A stretch of DNA of 64,000 nt from Octopus sinensis. Its lineage: Eukaryota. Under the pieces are notes generated by a model. The model was not told where the DNA came from, did not search any database, and saw only the letters and a list, made by a program, of their open reading frames with translations. Below are positions 52,787-64,000 of the stretch, in pieces; the first letter of the stretch is position 1; every line of letters starts with the position of its first letter. The stretch is from NCBI RefSeq assembly GCF_006345805.1, contig NW_021832531.1, positions 434,001-498,000 on the forward strand, given 5' to 3'. A program made the position numbers and the translations under genes.

Positions 52787-55700
52787 TCTGTGTATAGAAT
52801 CAAACGCCCGAGACATATTAATGCCTAGTATTGCGATAGATTTTTCGTATTTTTGGCATAGAGCGCAGTACCATCTGTGCCTCCAAACTATATTAGCAGT
52901 AGACCTGCCTGTACAAAAACCACTTTGGCCAGGGGATAGGAATTTGTTAGCTTTTTATCCGGTGTAATGGGATGAGGGATAATGTTTTACGTATGGAAGT
53001 TAGTAGAATTATTGGTCTAAAGTTGCAAACGGGGTCTTTAGCTTTCCCGGGTTAATGTAATGGGATTAGCCATCCTTTTCCGAGAGCCAACGGATTATCT
53101 TCCTGAAGAATAAGATTAAAAACATCGGTGATTATTTTAGCTAGCTCCACTGGTGCGTGTTTTAAAAGTTCTGTCGGGATATTGTCTGGTCCTGCGGATC
53201 TTCCGGTGTTCAACTTTTTAATATCTTGCAGAATTTCCGAGAGACTTATCGGGTTTGTTAAGTGGAATTGTCAGGTTTTAAAATTCAGTGTTGATCAGTT
53301 TTAGTATACATATTGAATAGGGAATCAAAGTGCGAAGCTAGAATACAGTCCGACCCCAAAATGGGGCAGACCCCAGGGGTGGGGCACCCTCGGATTTTGG
53401 GGCACCCCCGCAATTTGGGGCACTTTATTCCAAAAGTACATTTTGGCAGAAAAAAAATAAAAATCGATAAAAAATTATGGAATTTTTGGGGCACCATAAA
53501 ATCATTTATAAGGAATTAAAAATAAAATAAAATTATAATAAATTAATTATTTTTTGTTTTATTTTCAATTTATATTTTTATTGTTGTGGTTATGGATTAC
53601 GAAACTAAATTGAAGATTGCTAAAGAAATTTTGAAGAAAAATTTATCTGAGAGGCAACTAATGAAAAAGTACAACACAAGTAAAGGAACAATATCAAGAA
53701 TAAAACGAAATATTGTACCTTTCTTGCAACACGGCAATACTATTTCTGAGGAATATGACACATTTAAAGCCGATAAAGATAAATTTGATGATCAAGTCTT
53801 TGAAATATTTCAAAGACTACGCGTAGATAAAATTCCGATTTCAGGCCCTATTTTGAAAAAAATTGCCTTAGTTACAGCTTCAAAAATTGGATTTACTTCT
53901 TTTAAAGCTTCCAATGGGTGGCTTGATAGATTTAAATTGCGGCATGAACTTCAATTCAAGTCAATATGTGGTGAAAAAGCTTCATGTGATTTATCTTATG
54001 TGAAAAATTATTTTGAAAAATATGACCAGAAAGTATTAAATATGGACCTGAGAATATATTTAATTGTGATGAAACTGCGCTTTTTATAAAAAGAACTCCT
54101 CAAAAATCATTTGTTGAACAAGGCGAACCGTGTTTTGGTTATAAACAAGGGAAAGAAAGACTCACTGTTCTTCTATGCTGCAGTTTAATCGGGGAAAAAC
54201 TTAATCCATTGATTATTGGAAAATATAAAAACCTCGGTGTCTAAAAAATTTTGATGTTCAAGATTTTGGGTTATTGTATTCATCTTCTCAAAATGCATGG
54301 ATGACTGGAAAGACTTTTATGAGTTGGCTTACACTTATAAATGAATCGTTTTGCAAAAACAACAGAAAAATATTATTAATACTTGACAATGCGGGATGCC
54401 ATAAAACTGCCGAATGTTCGAACATCGAATTTTTATTTTTGCCGAAAAATACAACGCCCTATTTACAACCTTTGGATATGGGAATAATCAAGATTTTTAA
54501 AGATTATTATTCCTCTTTCTTAATGGAATTTTTATGTTTTCAAGATTTCGAAAACGATTTTACACATTCTATTGGTAAATTAAATTTGCGTCAGGTTATG
54601 ATGCTAATTTCAAAAGGATGGGAGAAAATAGATGCTAAAAGTATTGTTAATTGTTGGAAGAAAATCGACAGGAACCGTGATTCTTATGCAACAAAAAACT
54701 GTCTAACAGATGAACATTTAGATCAAGTTTAACGAAACAATTGATGGAAGAATGCGAAGACATGAACAATAATGTTTATGATACATATTCAGAAACCGAA
54801 AATAGTGAAAAGTCGTAGCAAAAACAAAAGATCTGCTTAACAATTTAGAAGAAAAAATTTCTAATGTTGCACCAAGTATGCTCCGAGATTTTTTTGATTT
54901 TCGGCTGAAATTGACGAACAATATCAGACAAAACTCTACAAATAAAAAGAAAATAACTGAATATTTTAGTAAAAATGTTTTTGATGTTTATTAATGGTTT
55001 AATTTTTAAAAAAATAACAAACCCCTGTTTTTGGGGCACCCCCGCATTTTGGGGCACTTGGTGCCCCATTTGGGGGTCGGACTGTACTAGCTTTTTCGAC
55101 GTCCTCGGTAACTGTACGATCGAGATTATGAATGATAGGGGCCCTGTTGAGGATGCGAATTGCTTTAAACATCATTGGCCGTGTTTGTATTTCATTATTC
55201 GGAAACTTGTTTTTCTGCTTCACTTTTGGCAAGAAATTTTTGTAATTGTTTCATCTTTGTTAATACTCTACCTCTCTGCGTACAGAGTTCTTTGATTTTC
55301 TCTGTGTTTTCCGATTGTAGTCTGAGTTCTTTTTGTATTAGAGAAAGTCGTCCGATTTCTGGACTACTTTGTTTGTGTCTCGATCCGTGTGTGGAACCCA
55401 AGACGTCAGACGAGGTATTCCGTATTGCGGTAACTGTTTCCTCCCAAATCTTGTTAGCTGGTTGATTTTAGTAGATACAGTCGATGCTGTTTTTCAGGGT
55501 CGTACAATATCGAAGATTGGTGGACTCTTCGTATCCAAGCCTCTCCGTATCGTATCGTGCTGGTGAGGTGCCTTTGAGCTTTTCACGTATTCCATGGATT
55601 CTGTACAGCATTAACTGAGCCACAAGTTTATGATCGCAGCTGGTTAAACCCAGTCCAGGTGATTTTCATTTATAATAAAGAGCACTGAGTTGAGACTTTT

Positions 55701-56875
55701 CCACATTTGATTTGAAGCACTGCGACACGGTCAGATGCCGCCCACACTCTTGACACGTAGTTAATAAGGTCCCGGTGAACTGCGAACCTGAAACCATAAT
55801 GTAGGGATTCCGATCCGAAGGTAATAAGATGGAATTCGTCAATTGGTTCTGCACATTGCAAGAACCGAAGAGTTTTCTTCACCCTGACGACGTTAAAATA
55901 ATACACCTGCTTATGCAGAACACTCATCTTTTTGTCAAACTTGGCAAATGTTTTTCCAACTTTTTTCGGACTTCTCGTGGAGTCCCACAGGGGGTTTCAC
56001 TATCTCCGGTCCTCTTCGTTGTATACCTTGAAGCAGCACTAAGAGAGTTCAGAGCTCTCGTTGGGAACAATTATGAGGAGATGATATATGCAGACGATCT
56101 GGACTTTGTTTCTGAGAAAATTCAAACACTTCAAACACTTCAGCACATTTTCAACAACTTCCATACGTATTCTCGAAATGGTTTTTATCCGTAAATTCCG
56201 ATAAAACGAAATTTACAATGCTCACACGTATTGATCGTAGATCCGACGAATCTTGGAGAAGGCAAATGAAACTGGGCTCGCATCTAGGTGACTCAGAAGA
56301 TGTTACTCGCAGGAAGATTCTTGCTATGGATGCATTAAAAAAATATCGGCTATATGTAATCACAAAAAATAGGATTAAATACCAGGCTCAGGATATATAA
56401 GGCTTTTATCATCCCGGTTCTTACTTATAACTCTGGCACATAAGGAATCTCTAAACACGATATGGACCGTCTTGATTCTTTACACAGAACACAGCTAAAA
56501 TCGTTAATCAAAATCAAATGGCTTTTGAAGATAACTAATGAAAATCTTAATAATAAATGCAAATCCGGTTTCCTGTCAGATGACATCTTCAGATCGAGAT
56601 GGAGCCCTTTTGGCCATGTCCTACGTTTAAACGACCTGGTTTCAGCGAAGAATGCAATGGATTATTTCTTCGCGCAGACGGAGTCTAGATTTCGTGATAG
56701 ACCAAGAACGACGCTTCCATCCTAAATGAGGATCTCTCGACGGTTGGTCTTCGGCTGGACAAACTCAAAGATATCGCGCGGAGCAGAAAATACTGGTCGA
56801 GACTAACGGAGAGAATTTTACAGAACACGGCACAAGCGAGACTTAATTAACTTTATGTTTTCTCGAAATAATAAT
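52787..56875 (+). mobile_element. Near full-length RTE-like LINE with inverted 5' half and nested Tigger
   Basis: Endonuclease, linker and RT N-terminus on the minus strand (about 55865 down to 52787). RT C-half and (ATA)n tail on the plus strand (about 55867-56875). TSD aaac(a/g)aaagaacc at 52774-52786 and 56876-56888. Confidence 0.85.
53346..55084 (+). mobile_element. Near-complete pogo/Tigger transposon with frameshifted transposase
   Basis: 23-bp TIR CAGTCCGACCCC(A/C)AAATGGGGCA, TA TSD, subterminal GGGGCAC repeats. CENP-B HTH (FKASNGWLDRFK) and DDE_1 (NCDET, LDNAGCH, QPLDMGII). Confidence 0.93.
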
Positions 56876-57019
56876 AAACGAAAGAACCGATTTTCTTGCT
56901 GAAATTTTTTTTCCATTAACGTGGAAAGTCATTCTTAAATTCTCTTGGTATAACTTAAACATTTGATAAGTTATTAATGAATTTGAAATTAAGGAAAAAT
57001 CATTATTAATTCAGGTGAC

Positions 57020-57210
57020 AGGTTGACTTTTTCAGCAGAACACTTAGAGACAATTATTAATAAGACCCAATGGGGACTCTTTGGCCACAGACTACGGATG
57101 GTTCCCTCTGTTCCAGCTAATAACATCATGAAAACATTTTCATGCTCTGGGCCTTTTCGAGGTAGGCAACGGAGGAAGCTACCACTGACCATAATAACCC
57201 AAAGCATGCC
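57020..57210 (+). mobile_element. RTE-like LINE 3' fragment
   Basis: WGLFGHRLRM...RGRQRRKLP. Confidence 0.7.
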
Positions 57211-57289
57211 AGATTGTTACTATAACATTCTCCATACTAAATGTTGTGGTGACGACACACTAAATATGGTTAACATAAAATTTTAAACA

Positions 57290-57620
57290 AAGAATTTATT
57301 GGTGTTAATTCCATTTAGTTTCCTATTAATCCCATATTGTTTGGTATTAATCCCACTTAGTTTGATGTTAATCCCACTTAGTTTGATGTTAATCCAACTA
57401 AGTTTTCTCCTAATCCCAGTTAGTTTGACGTTAATCCCAGTTAATTTGACGTTAATCCAATTTAGTTTGACGTTAATCCCAGTTAATTTGACGTTAATCC
57501 AATTTAGTTTGACGTTAATCCCAGTTAATTTGACGTTAATCCCAGTTAGTTTGACGTTAATTCCATTTAGTTTTCTGATAATCCCACTTAGTTTTCTGCT
57601 AATCTCACTTAGTTTTCTGA
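57290..57620. repeat. 21-bp minisatellite (ttaatcccagttagtttgacg-like, about 15 copies): expanded terminal array of the IS630/Tc1 family
   Basis: Clear 21-bp period. The lead-in at 57261-57360 is homologous to 58849-58945. Confidence 0.9.
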
Positions 57621-57659
57621 AAATACATACTATAGAAAATGCATACGATCTATACCATT

Positions 57660-58985
57660 TTCCATACTAAATGGGATTAATGCCAAACTAAGTGGAATCA
57701 ATAACAAGCTAAGTGGGATTAACAGTAAACTAAGTGGGTTTAATAACGAACTAAATGGAATCAATAAAGGATTACGTTTATTATAAATATAATTTTTCGA
57801 TCCAGCGCAAAAAAATGCCACGTAAATCATTGGAAGAGAAAGAACAATTGCATAGAAATAAAATAGATTTAATTTCAGCTGCAGAATCTGGTGGAGATTG
57901 GAAAAAAACAGCAATTGAACTCAATATCTCAAGAACAACAGCATATCGTTGGATAAAGGATGGAGTTAAACCTGACGCGAGAGGTGGAAATTATCGAAAA
58001 AAGTTTAACAAAGAACATGTCGATTTTTATTATCATCATGCATCGAAGACGATAACACAATTACCCTTCATGGAATAAAACAAAAATTTGAATTACATTT
58101 TCCGCAATTATCAATATCAAAAACGAGTATCGCTCGACATCTCGATCTAAGTTTATATACATTAAAGAAATTGAGATTCGACCCTGAAGAAGCTAATTGT
58201 GAAATTAACAAAATCAAAAGGAAGGAATTTGCTGAAAAATATTTAAAATTTCATCGGAAATAGACCAATTTGTTTTATGGATGAATCAAATTTTAATCTT
58301 CATATCAGCAGGACAGAAGAAAGATCGCTAAAAGAACAAGATGTACTACTCTAGCTGCTGCGTCAGAAGGGTCAAATATACATCTAATTGGATGCATCTC
58401 AAATCTAGGACTCATTTACTATGAAATACAAAGGGGAGCTTTTAAAAAAGAGCAAGCTTGTCACTGGATGAAAAATTGTTTGAGGCAAGCACGGATTAAC
58501 ATGAGGGTCCATTATTATGGTGTTGGACAATGCACTAGCTCACAGTGTATCGAAGTTCTTCAATTGGAAGAATTTAATGATTTTCATATTCTTTGTCTCG
58601 GTCCGTACAGTCCGATGCTTAACCCCGTCGAACATGTATGGTCCAAAATAAAAGCTCACGTAAAAAGAGACATCTCTTCTCTAAAAAACCAAATTCTATT
58701 TCAACAAGAAAAGATTTGTCAATTATAGATTATCGAACAGGGATACTTGAAAAAATAACTGTGGATAGAATAAAAACAATTACATCTGATGATTGTGAGC
58801 TTTATTTCTGAAATACAGAAAAATATTGGTGACATGTTAAATATGGTTAACACCAAATTTTAAACAAAGAATTTTTCGAGTTAATTCCATTTAGTTCGCT
58901 TTAATCCTATTTTTTGATATTAATCTTACTTAGTTTTCTATTGATTCCACTTAGTTTGTTATTGATCACACTTATTATTAACACG
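57660..58985 (+). mobile_element. IS630/Tc1-like (DDE_3) transposon, frameshifted
   Basis: ATG at 57815, HTH ISRTTAYRW, FMDESNFNL and PYSPMLNPVEHVWSKIK. Inverted terminal arrays of the 21-bp motif at 57665-57770 and 58880-58980. Confidence 0.85.
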
Positions 58986-58999
58986 TTCACGAGAGCCAT

Positions 59000-59600
59000 A
59001 ATATTTCAAATTCCTCATGTGCCGCAAAAGATATTAGAGAACTAGTTAGGTTGCTCCAAGCTCCTTGTTCTTAGCTAGGTTCCTCGGAGAGTCCAGATCG
59101 TCACCAGATGTCACTGTTTTCTTCAAGCTTTTTAGGTCATTTTGTAAACGATTGGTAGGGTAGTTCTTGGTCTTCTACGAAAGCGTTTGATATTAAAGGA
59201 AGAGTAGTAATCTTCAATTGCGATATTCGGGAAGGATGTCGGGTTTAATTTCAGGAAGTGTCAAAACAGGTCTCTTAAAAGAGATAATAATCTCATGGCT
59301 TAAAGGCGTACAGTCACACTTATTGTACAGTCCACTCCGTGCGATCCTGGATGACCAGGACATTTCAGTTATGTTTCTTAGATAATTCCTGTGGAACGGG
59401 TCTGAAACGGAACGGGCCTTTCGAGGGATAGAGTTGAGTTAGTTGAGAACATTTCATTTAGCAGTGTGGCGATTTTTGCAAAAAAGGGGTCCGGGCTATA
59501 TTTTTGTGATTCTAGGTTTATCATATTTACCATGGCATCTGTTATTTTTTTAGCTTTTGACATGTTGTTTTTACTTCAAGAATTGTAATTGGTCTTTTAG
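59000..59600 (-). mobile_element. Decayed RTE-like RT fragment
   Basis: Linker and RT remnants ending in GHPGSHG, equivalent to the family's VWGHRW region. Confidence 0.55.
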
Positions 59601-60019
59601 GGGTCTAGGCTTTCCATTGAATGGGAGGATTGCTCTAATCACATTGAAAAGTTTTTCAAAATGTGTTGCAATTACCTCCGTATACTATTTATTCATTAGG
59701 TAATGTCTTGAAACGAGCGGCCATATACATCTGTGAATTATCTTTTAGTTTGGATACTTCATTGATTTTGTCAAGCAGGCCTTCTTGGTGGAGTCTCTTG
59801 TTCAGTCTTCTGATTTTTCTACGGATTTATTCCCTCTGCCCCTGAAGAACTTCCCTCTTCCCTCTAAACCGATTCCTCTCGGGACCGACAGAATTTTCCG
59901 GTATAGATGGGAGGTCTGTATATTAAATTTGACAAAAAAAGTAAAACAGCAAAATTAATACAAATCTGCCAATAAGGATTTCCTCGTAGTTAGCTTCAAT
60001 TTAGACATCGGTTTATTGT

Positions 60020-60290
60020 TCAGATGGATCTGTCTGTTGATGGGATCGAGTAATGCAGAGTCTTGACTGCAAAAAAGTAACAAATTTGGTCTAGCATTTG
60101 TTTAACATTTGTGGATGTTAATTTCTCGAGATGTTTTGGCTTTGTTTGCTTATCAGAATCTGAGTCACTGTCATCATATTCACAACTTGAGACTGTTTGA
60201 TATTGCTCATCTAAGGATGATTCCCAATCTTTGAAATTTTCAGTGGATGGTTCCGAATCTAAGTTGACAAATTTTTCTTCTGTCATTTAA
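60020..60290 (-). mobile_element. Probable pogo transposase acidic C-terminal remnant
   Basis: FVNLD...DDSDSDSD...LDQICYFF, the same architecture as 9760-10060. Confidence 0.4.
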
Positions 60291-60354
60291 TTATTGACTA
60301 GTCTATTCATAAGGGGTATGAACAGTATATTGTTTGTAGGATTTTAGTTTATAT

Positions 60355-61150
60355 CAGGATTGTTTGATTTAAATCATTTGATATTAATCAAAAAAATCAA
60401 TGATTTAAATCATTAAAAAATCAAAAAAATCATTTTAAATTGTATAAATTGATTAAACTTCGATAAACATATTATTCCTGAACGTTGATTAAGAATTCGA
60501 GACAAGGAAGAGATAAAAGGAGACGCACTGACACGGGATCACTTAATTAGACGATTACTATTCCTCTTTCCTGTGTTCCCGGGCCGAAAGTTTAAGGTGG
60601 TTTAATCAGCGAATTACCCTTGAAAATGAGGGACCAATCATTAATCAATTTCGTTACTACGATGATGTTATCGAAAAAAATTTGATAGATATGTAATTCT
60701 CTAGACGCGTATATTCCACTAACACTCCTTTTTCTGCTGTTGAACATCCCGAATTTGTTCAAATGCTTCTTTCTGGCTATCGTTTAGTTTATCGTCATCA
60801 AATTGGTGGTCCATTGCTCGATCGAGTGTACGAACAACTACATGAGGACTGTCGACAAAGACTCAAGAACAAAACAGTGTCTATGATGCTAGATGGGTGG
60901 AGTAACATTCATAATGAACCTGTTGTTTGTGTTTCGGTTGCAACATCGGGTGGAGAAAGCTATCTAATTGACACTGTGGACACCTTTGGACACAGACACA
61001 CTGCGTAGTATCTTCAATATGTTGCATTAGATTCTGCCAAATCTGCCGAGGAACGGTTTGGTTGTAAAATTGGTAGTCTTGTGACGGATCTGATTTAAAT
61101 CAAAAAAATCTGATTATTTTAAATAAAAATCATAATTTTTAACAACCCTA
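60355..61150 (+). mobile_element. Internally deleted hAT (DUF659-type)
   Basis: Ends CAGGATTGTT / TAGGGTTGTT with GATTTAAATC subterminal repeats. FSAVEHPEF, MMLDGWSNIHNEP and LVTD. TSD matches 6/8. Confidence 0.75.
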
Positions 61151-61589
61151 GTTAATTTCACGTCCATTCAAGCTGTGCTAATGCACCGGATAGCATCCAA
61201 GAGATAAATTTTTAGATGCTATCGAGTCATTTATTTTTTTAAATAATCGATTATTTAATGAATAAGAGAAATCGTCAAAAAAAATCTAGCTATCATTTAT
61301 TATTTGAATTTTCTTCTTAAGGGCAATTTGCAACGTAATAGTTTTCTTTGCGGAGCTATCATCTTTTAGTTTTTAATTTTTTGTCGAGTTGTTAGCAATT
61401 CAAGGTTAAAGGCGATTAATTAGATTAAAGATTGATGTCAGAAGGCCGGTTTATGATAAATGAAAATTCAAGTCGGGACCAGAAAATATGGCCGGTATTC
61501 GGAATAGAGGAGATCCGGTATATCGAATATGAAATAGCAGTGATGGTCTATGAGGTGAATCGGGACCAGAAGTTTAGTCCGATTTTAAG

Positions 61590-61990
61590 GGAATTGCAGG
61601 ATACCGAGGAGTCGGTTTAGAGGGGTTTTACTGTATTTTCTACGATCCCACGAAATACCTACTGTTAGGTCCTTCAGATGCGAGCAAATGTATTTTTTGT
61701 AATTTTTGACTGTATCTGGATGAGAGATTAGTTTTTCACGTTGCATATCCATTTCTTGTGTTCTCAATAATGTTTTTTGTAATGTTGTTATGTTTCTTAT
61801 GTTTGATACCATGTTTCACCAGGTTCAAAACCAGGCTGAAGGTGACAATAATCATCTCTGGTGTTATATACAGTGTCCCCTCTCCTGACACCCCCCTGGT
61901 ATATCCTCACATATGTCAGTTGTCCGTACCGACCCGCCTGGAGTTAAAAACACGGAAACCTCCAGTTTGAAGCCCATTCCGACAAACAAA
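61590..61990 (-). mobile_element. LINE endonuclease/linker remnant
   Basis: Linker similarity to the RTE-like family. Broken frames. Confidence 0.4.
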
Positions 61991-62049
61991 TTTTCGTTAT
62001 TTCGAGACGAATTTAACAAAAAACTTGTCGCGATGTCTGATTATGATCG

Positions 62050-63590
62050 TATTCGATGATAGCATCGAGGACTTCTTGTACGCCGTTATTCCGAAGAGCA
62101 GTGCCAAATAACACAGGTACCATCTGTCGGGAAATACAACTTGGGAATACTCGCCTGGAATTGCCCTTCTTGTGACCTTGATGCTGTGGAAATGAGCTAT
62201 CAACACAAATACAACCCACACTGTCCTTCAAAATAAACACTCTCTTGCTTCACAAGATCTATGACTCCAACATGAGCATGTTCTACCCCCATTGGAATTT
62301 GCAAAGGAATAACTGGTAATTTTAATTTATTTCTAAATTAATAATATTAATTAATTTATAATTAATTATTATAATAAATACTTTTTTACAAAAAAGAAAA
62401 CAAATTAAGTTATAATAAATCAGCGGTTCTCAACCGTGGTCCCCAGAAAATTTTTAGTGGTCCCCAGGAATTTTCGAAAAATAAAAATATATTAAAGTTA
62501 AAACTAATTGTACAATTAAGTATAAATTAAAAACATTGAAATTAATCAAGCGGTTCTCAATCGTGGTCCCCAGAAAATTTTTAGTGGTCCCCAGGAATTT
62601 TCGAAAAATAACAATATATTAAATTTAAAACTAATTGTACAATTAAGTATAAATCAAAAACATTGAAATTAATCTGATTTGATTAGCGTGGTTTATCATT
62701 CTAGTTATGGTTAACAAGAATCGTCGTCTTTGGTCGGATTCTTACGTACAATTTGGATTCACTAAATTCATTGCCCCAAATAATGAAATAAAGAAAAGGA
62801 ATAACATCAATGTTCCCAATGCTTGAATATCATCTCGGACACAACCCACCGGATAATGTTCTTCTAAGTCTGATAATCAAACATCTGGAAAATCTCAAGA
62901 CAAAATTTGATGATTATTTTCCTGTTGAAGACCCAATTCCAAACTGGATCGTTCAACCTTTCTTGACCTCATTTAAAGAATATCAGGAACTCAATTTTCA
63001 GCAGAGCTTGATTGAACTTCAATGTAATCAGTCTGCTCAGATTATTTTCAAATGTACTTCATTATTAGATTTTTGGTATTCTCATTAATAATTACTTTTT
63101 ATTGTTAGGTGTCAGATGGCGAAAGAATTCCCCATTTTGAGTAAAACTGCATTGGAATCAATACTTGCATTCCCCACTACTTATCACTGTGAAATGGCGA
63201 TGTCGTGTCTGACTTTTCTAAAAACAAAATATAGAAATAGACTACGGGTACAAGATGATATGCGAGTAGCTTTGTCGAACATAGAGCCTGATATAAGTAA
63301 AATTATTCTGAGCAAACAAGATCAGAAATCTCACTAAATTACTATTAAATTTTCTGTTATTTTCATAATGTTCATGTTATTTTTATAATAAATATTCGAA
63401 CATTTCTAACCTGGCCCTGACGAGGCCAAAAATTGTGCGCTAATACCAAAAAATGTTTATTTTATTTAAGGTGGTCCCCACAAAATTTTATAGTGCAAAA
63501 GTGGTCCCCAGTCTAAAAAAGGTTGAGAACCGCTGTAATAAATCTTGTTTAAACCTCAAGTCTTGTATTGTCCTCGTTTTCCATTTTCCA
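62050..63590 (-). pseudogene. GFM1: Isolated fragment of mitochondrial elongation factor G1
   Basis: RTIQDLR|NKLKLPVIPLQIPMG...GVIDLVKQESVYFEG|..IP, then PVLFGTALRNNGVQEVLDAIIEY. Internal deletion, no N- or C-terminus, hAT in the upstream intron. Confidence 0.75.
62421..63535 (+). mobile_element. Non-autonomous hAT (Buster type) with duplicated left end
   Basis: 14-bp TIR CAGCGGTTCTCAAC, 8-bp TSD taataaat, C-terminal transposase (FPTTYHCE...KTKYRNRL), 33-nt intron at 63076-63108. Confidence 0.93.
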
Positions 63591-63674
63591 TTATTTTAAA
63601 TATATTATTATTTAACTTTAAAAAGTTTATATAAATAAATAATTGTTCGTTATATTTTCGATTCATTTTGAATT

Positions 63675-64000
63675 ATGTCTACATTTTCACTTTTTTTCTC
63701 ATTACTTGTACTGAACGAGGTTTTAGGGTACACCGTTTCATCTTAGATTACCAATAATACAATTGTTGGTTATGCTGAACCATTCATTACAGAAATGATC
63801 ATCGTATTCCTAAAATTTAATTTATGTGAATTTAGTTTTTGGGTTATCAGGAACCACAAAAAGGTTATTATGTTGGGATTGTTCAGTCTTGTTTTTATAT
63901 TGGACGAATTTTCGGCTGGTTGGTTGTTTGGGTCTTTAAATACCAAGTCTCGTGATTGGAAGAATTGCCGACAAAATTAGCAAATATACTTTGCTGATTA
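63675..64000 (+). CDS. 5' part of an MFS transporter (ZIFL/MFSD10-like); runs off the window
   Basis: After removing three tiny introns: ...PFITEMIIFLGYQEPQKGYYVGIVQSCFYIGRIFGCLVIGRIADKISKYTLLI (MFS motif A). Confidence 0.7.

Noticed and set aside
57299-57670. Hydrophobic repeat protein (LIPVSLT)n
   Set aside because: The open frame is a by-product of a stop-free 21-bp minisatellite.

Overview
AT-rich, compact eukaryotic (probably metazoan) genomic DNA in the standard genetic code. Host genes are split by ultra-short spliceosomal introns, mostly 22-33 nt. This fits a dicyemid mesozoan-like parasite, but that assignment is inference. Host genes recognised after manual splicing: HNRNPL, NDUFAF1, cathepsin L, AFG2A/SPATA5, an MDH2-type dehydrogenase, HMCES, DPH5, an orphan, ALAD, RPL11, RPL10A, RIOK1, a GFM1 fragment and the 5' end of an MFS transporter. 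More than half the window is transposon-derived: APE-type LINEs (Jockey/CR1-like, RTE-like), RLE-type CRE and R4-like pieces, Helitrons, pogo/Tigger, IS630/Tc1, Merlin, hAT and Ginger-like integrase, often deeply nested. Most notable observations: (1) an MDH2-type enzyme with no presequence and Gly in place of the malate-specificity Arg; (2) an AFG2A whose last 26-nt intron would switch between a soluble and a tail-anchored C-terminus; (3) a Merlin transposon inside a coding exon of an otherwise intact HMCES, with a GC-AG splice that would restore the frame exactly; (4) two independent twin-priming-type 5' inversions in non-L1 LINEs; (5) tiny host-type introns in transposases of four superfamilies. 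All translations and alignments were done by eye. No database searches were run.
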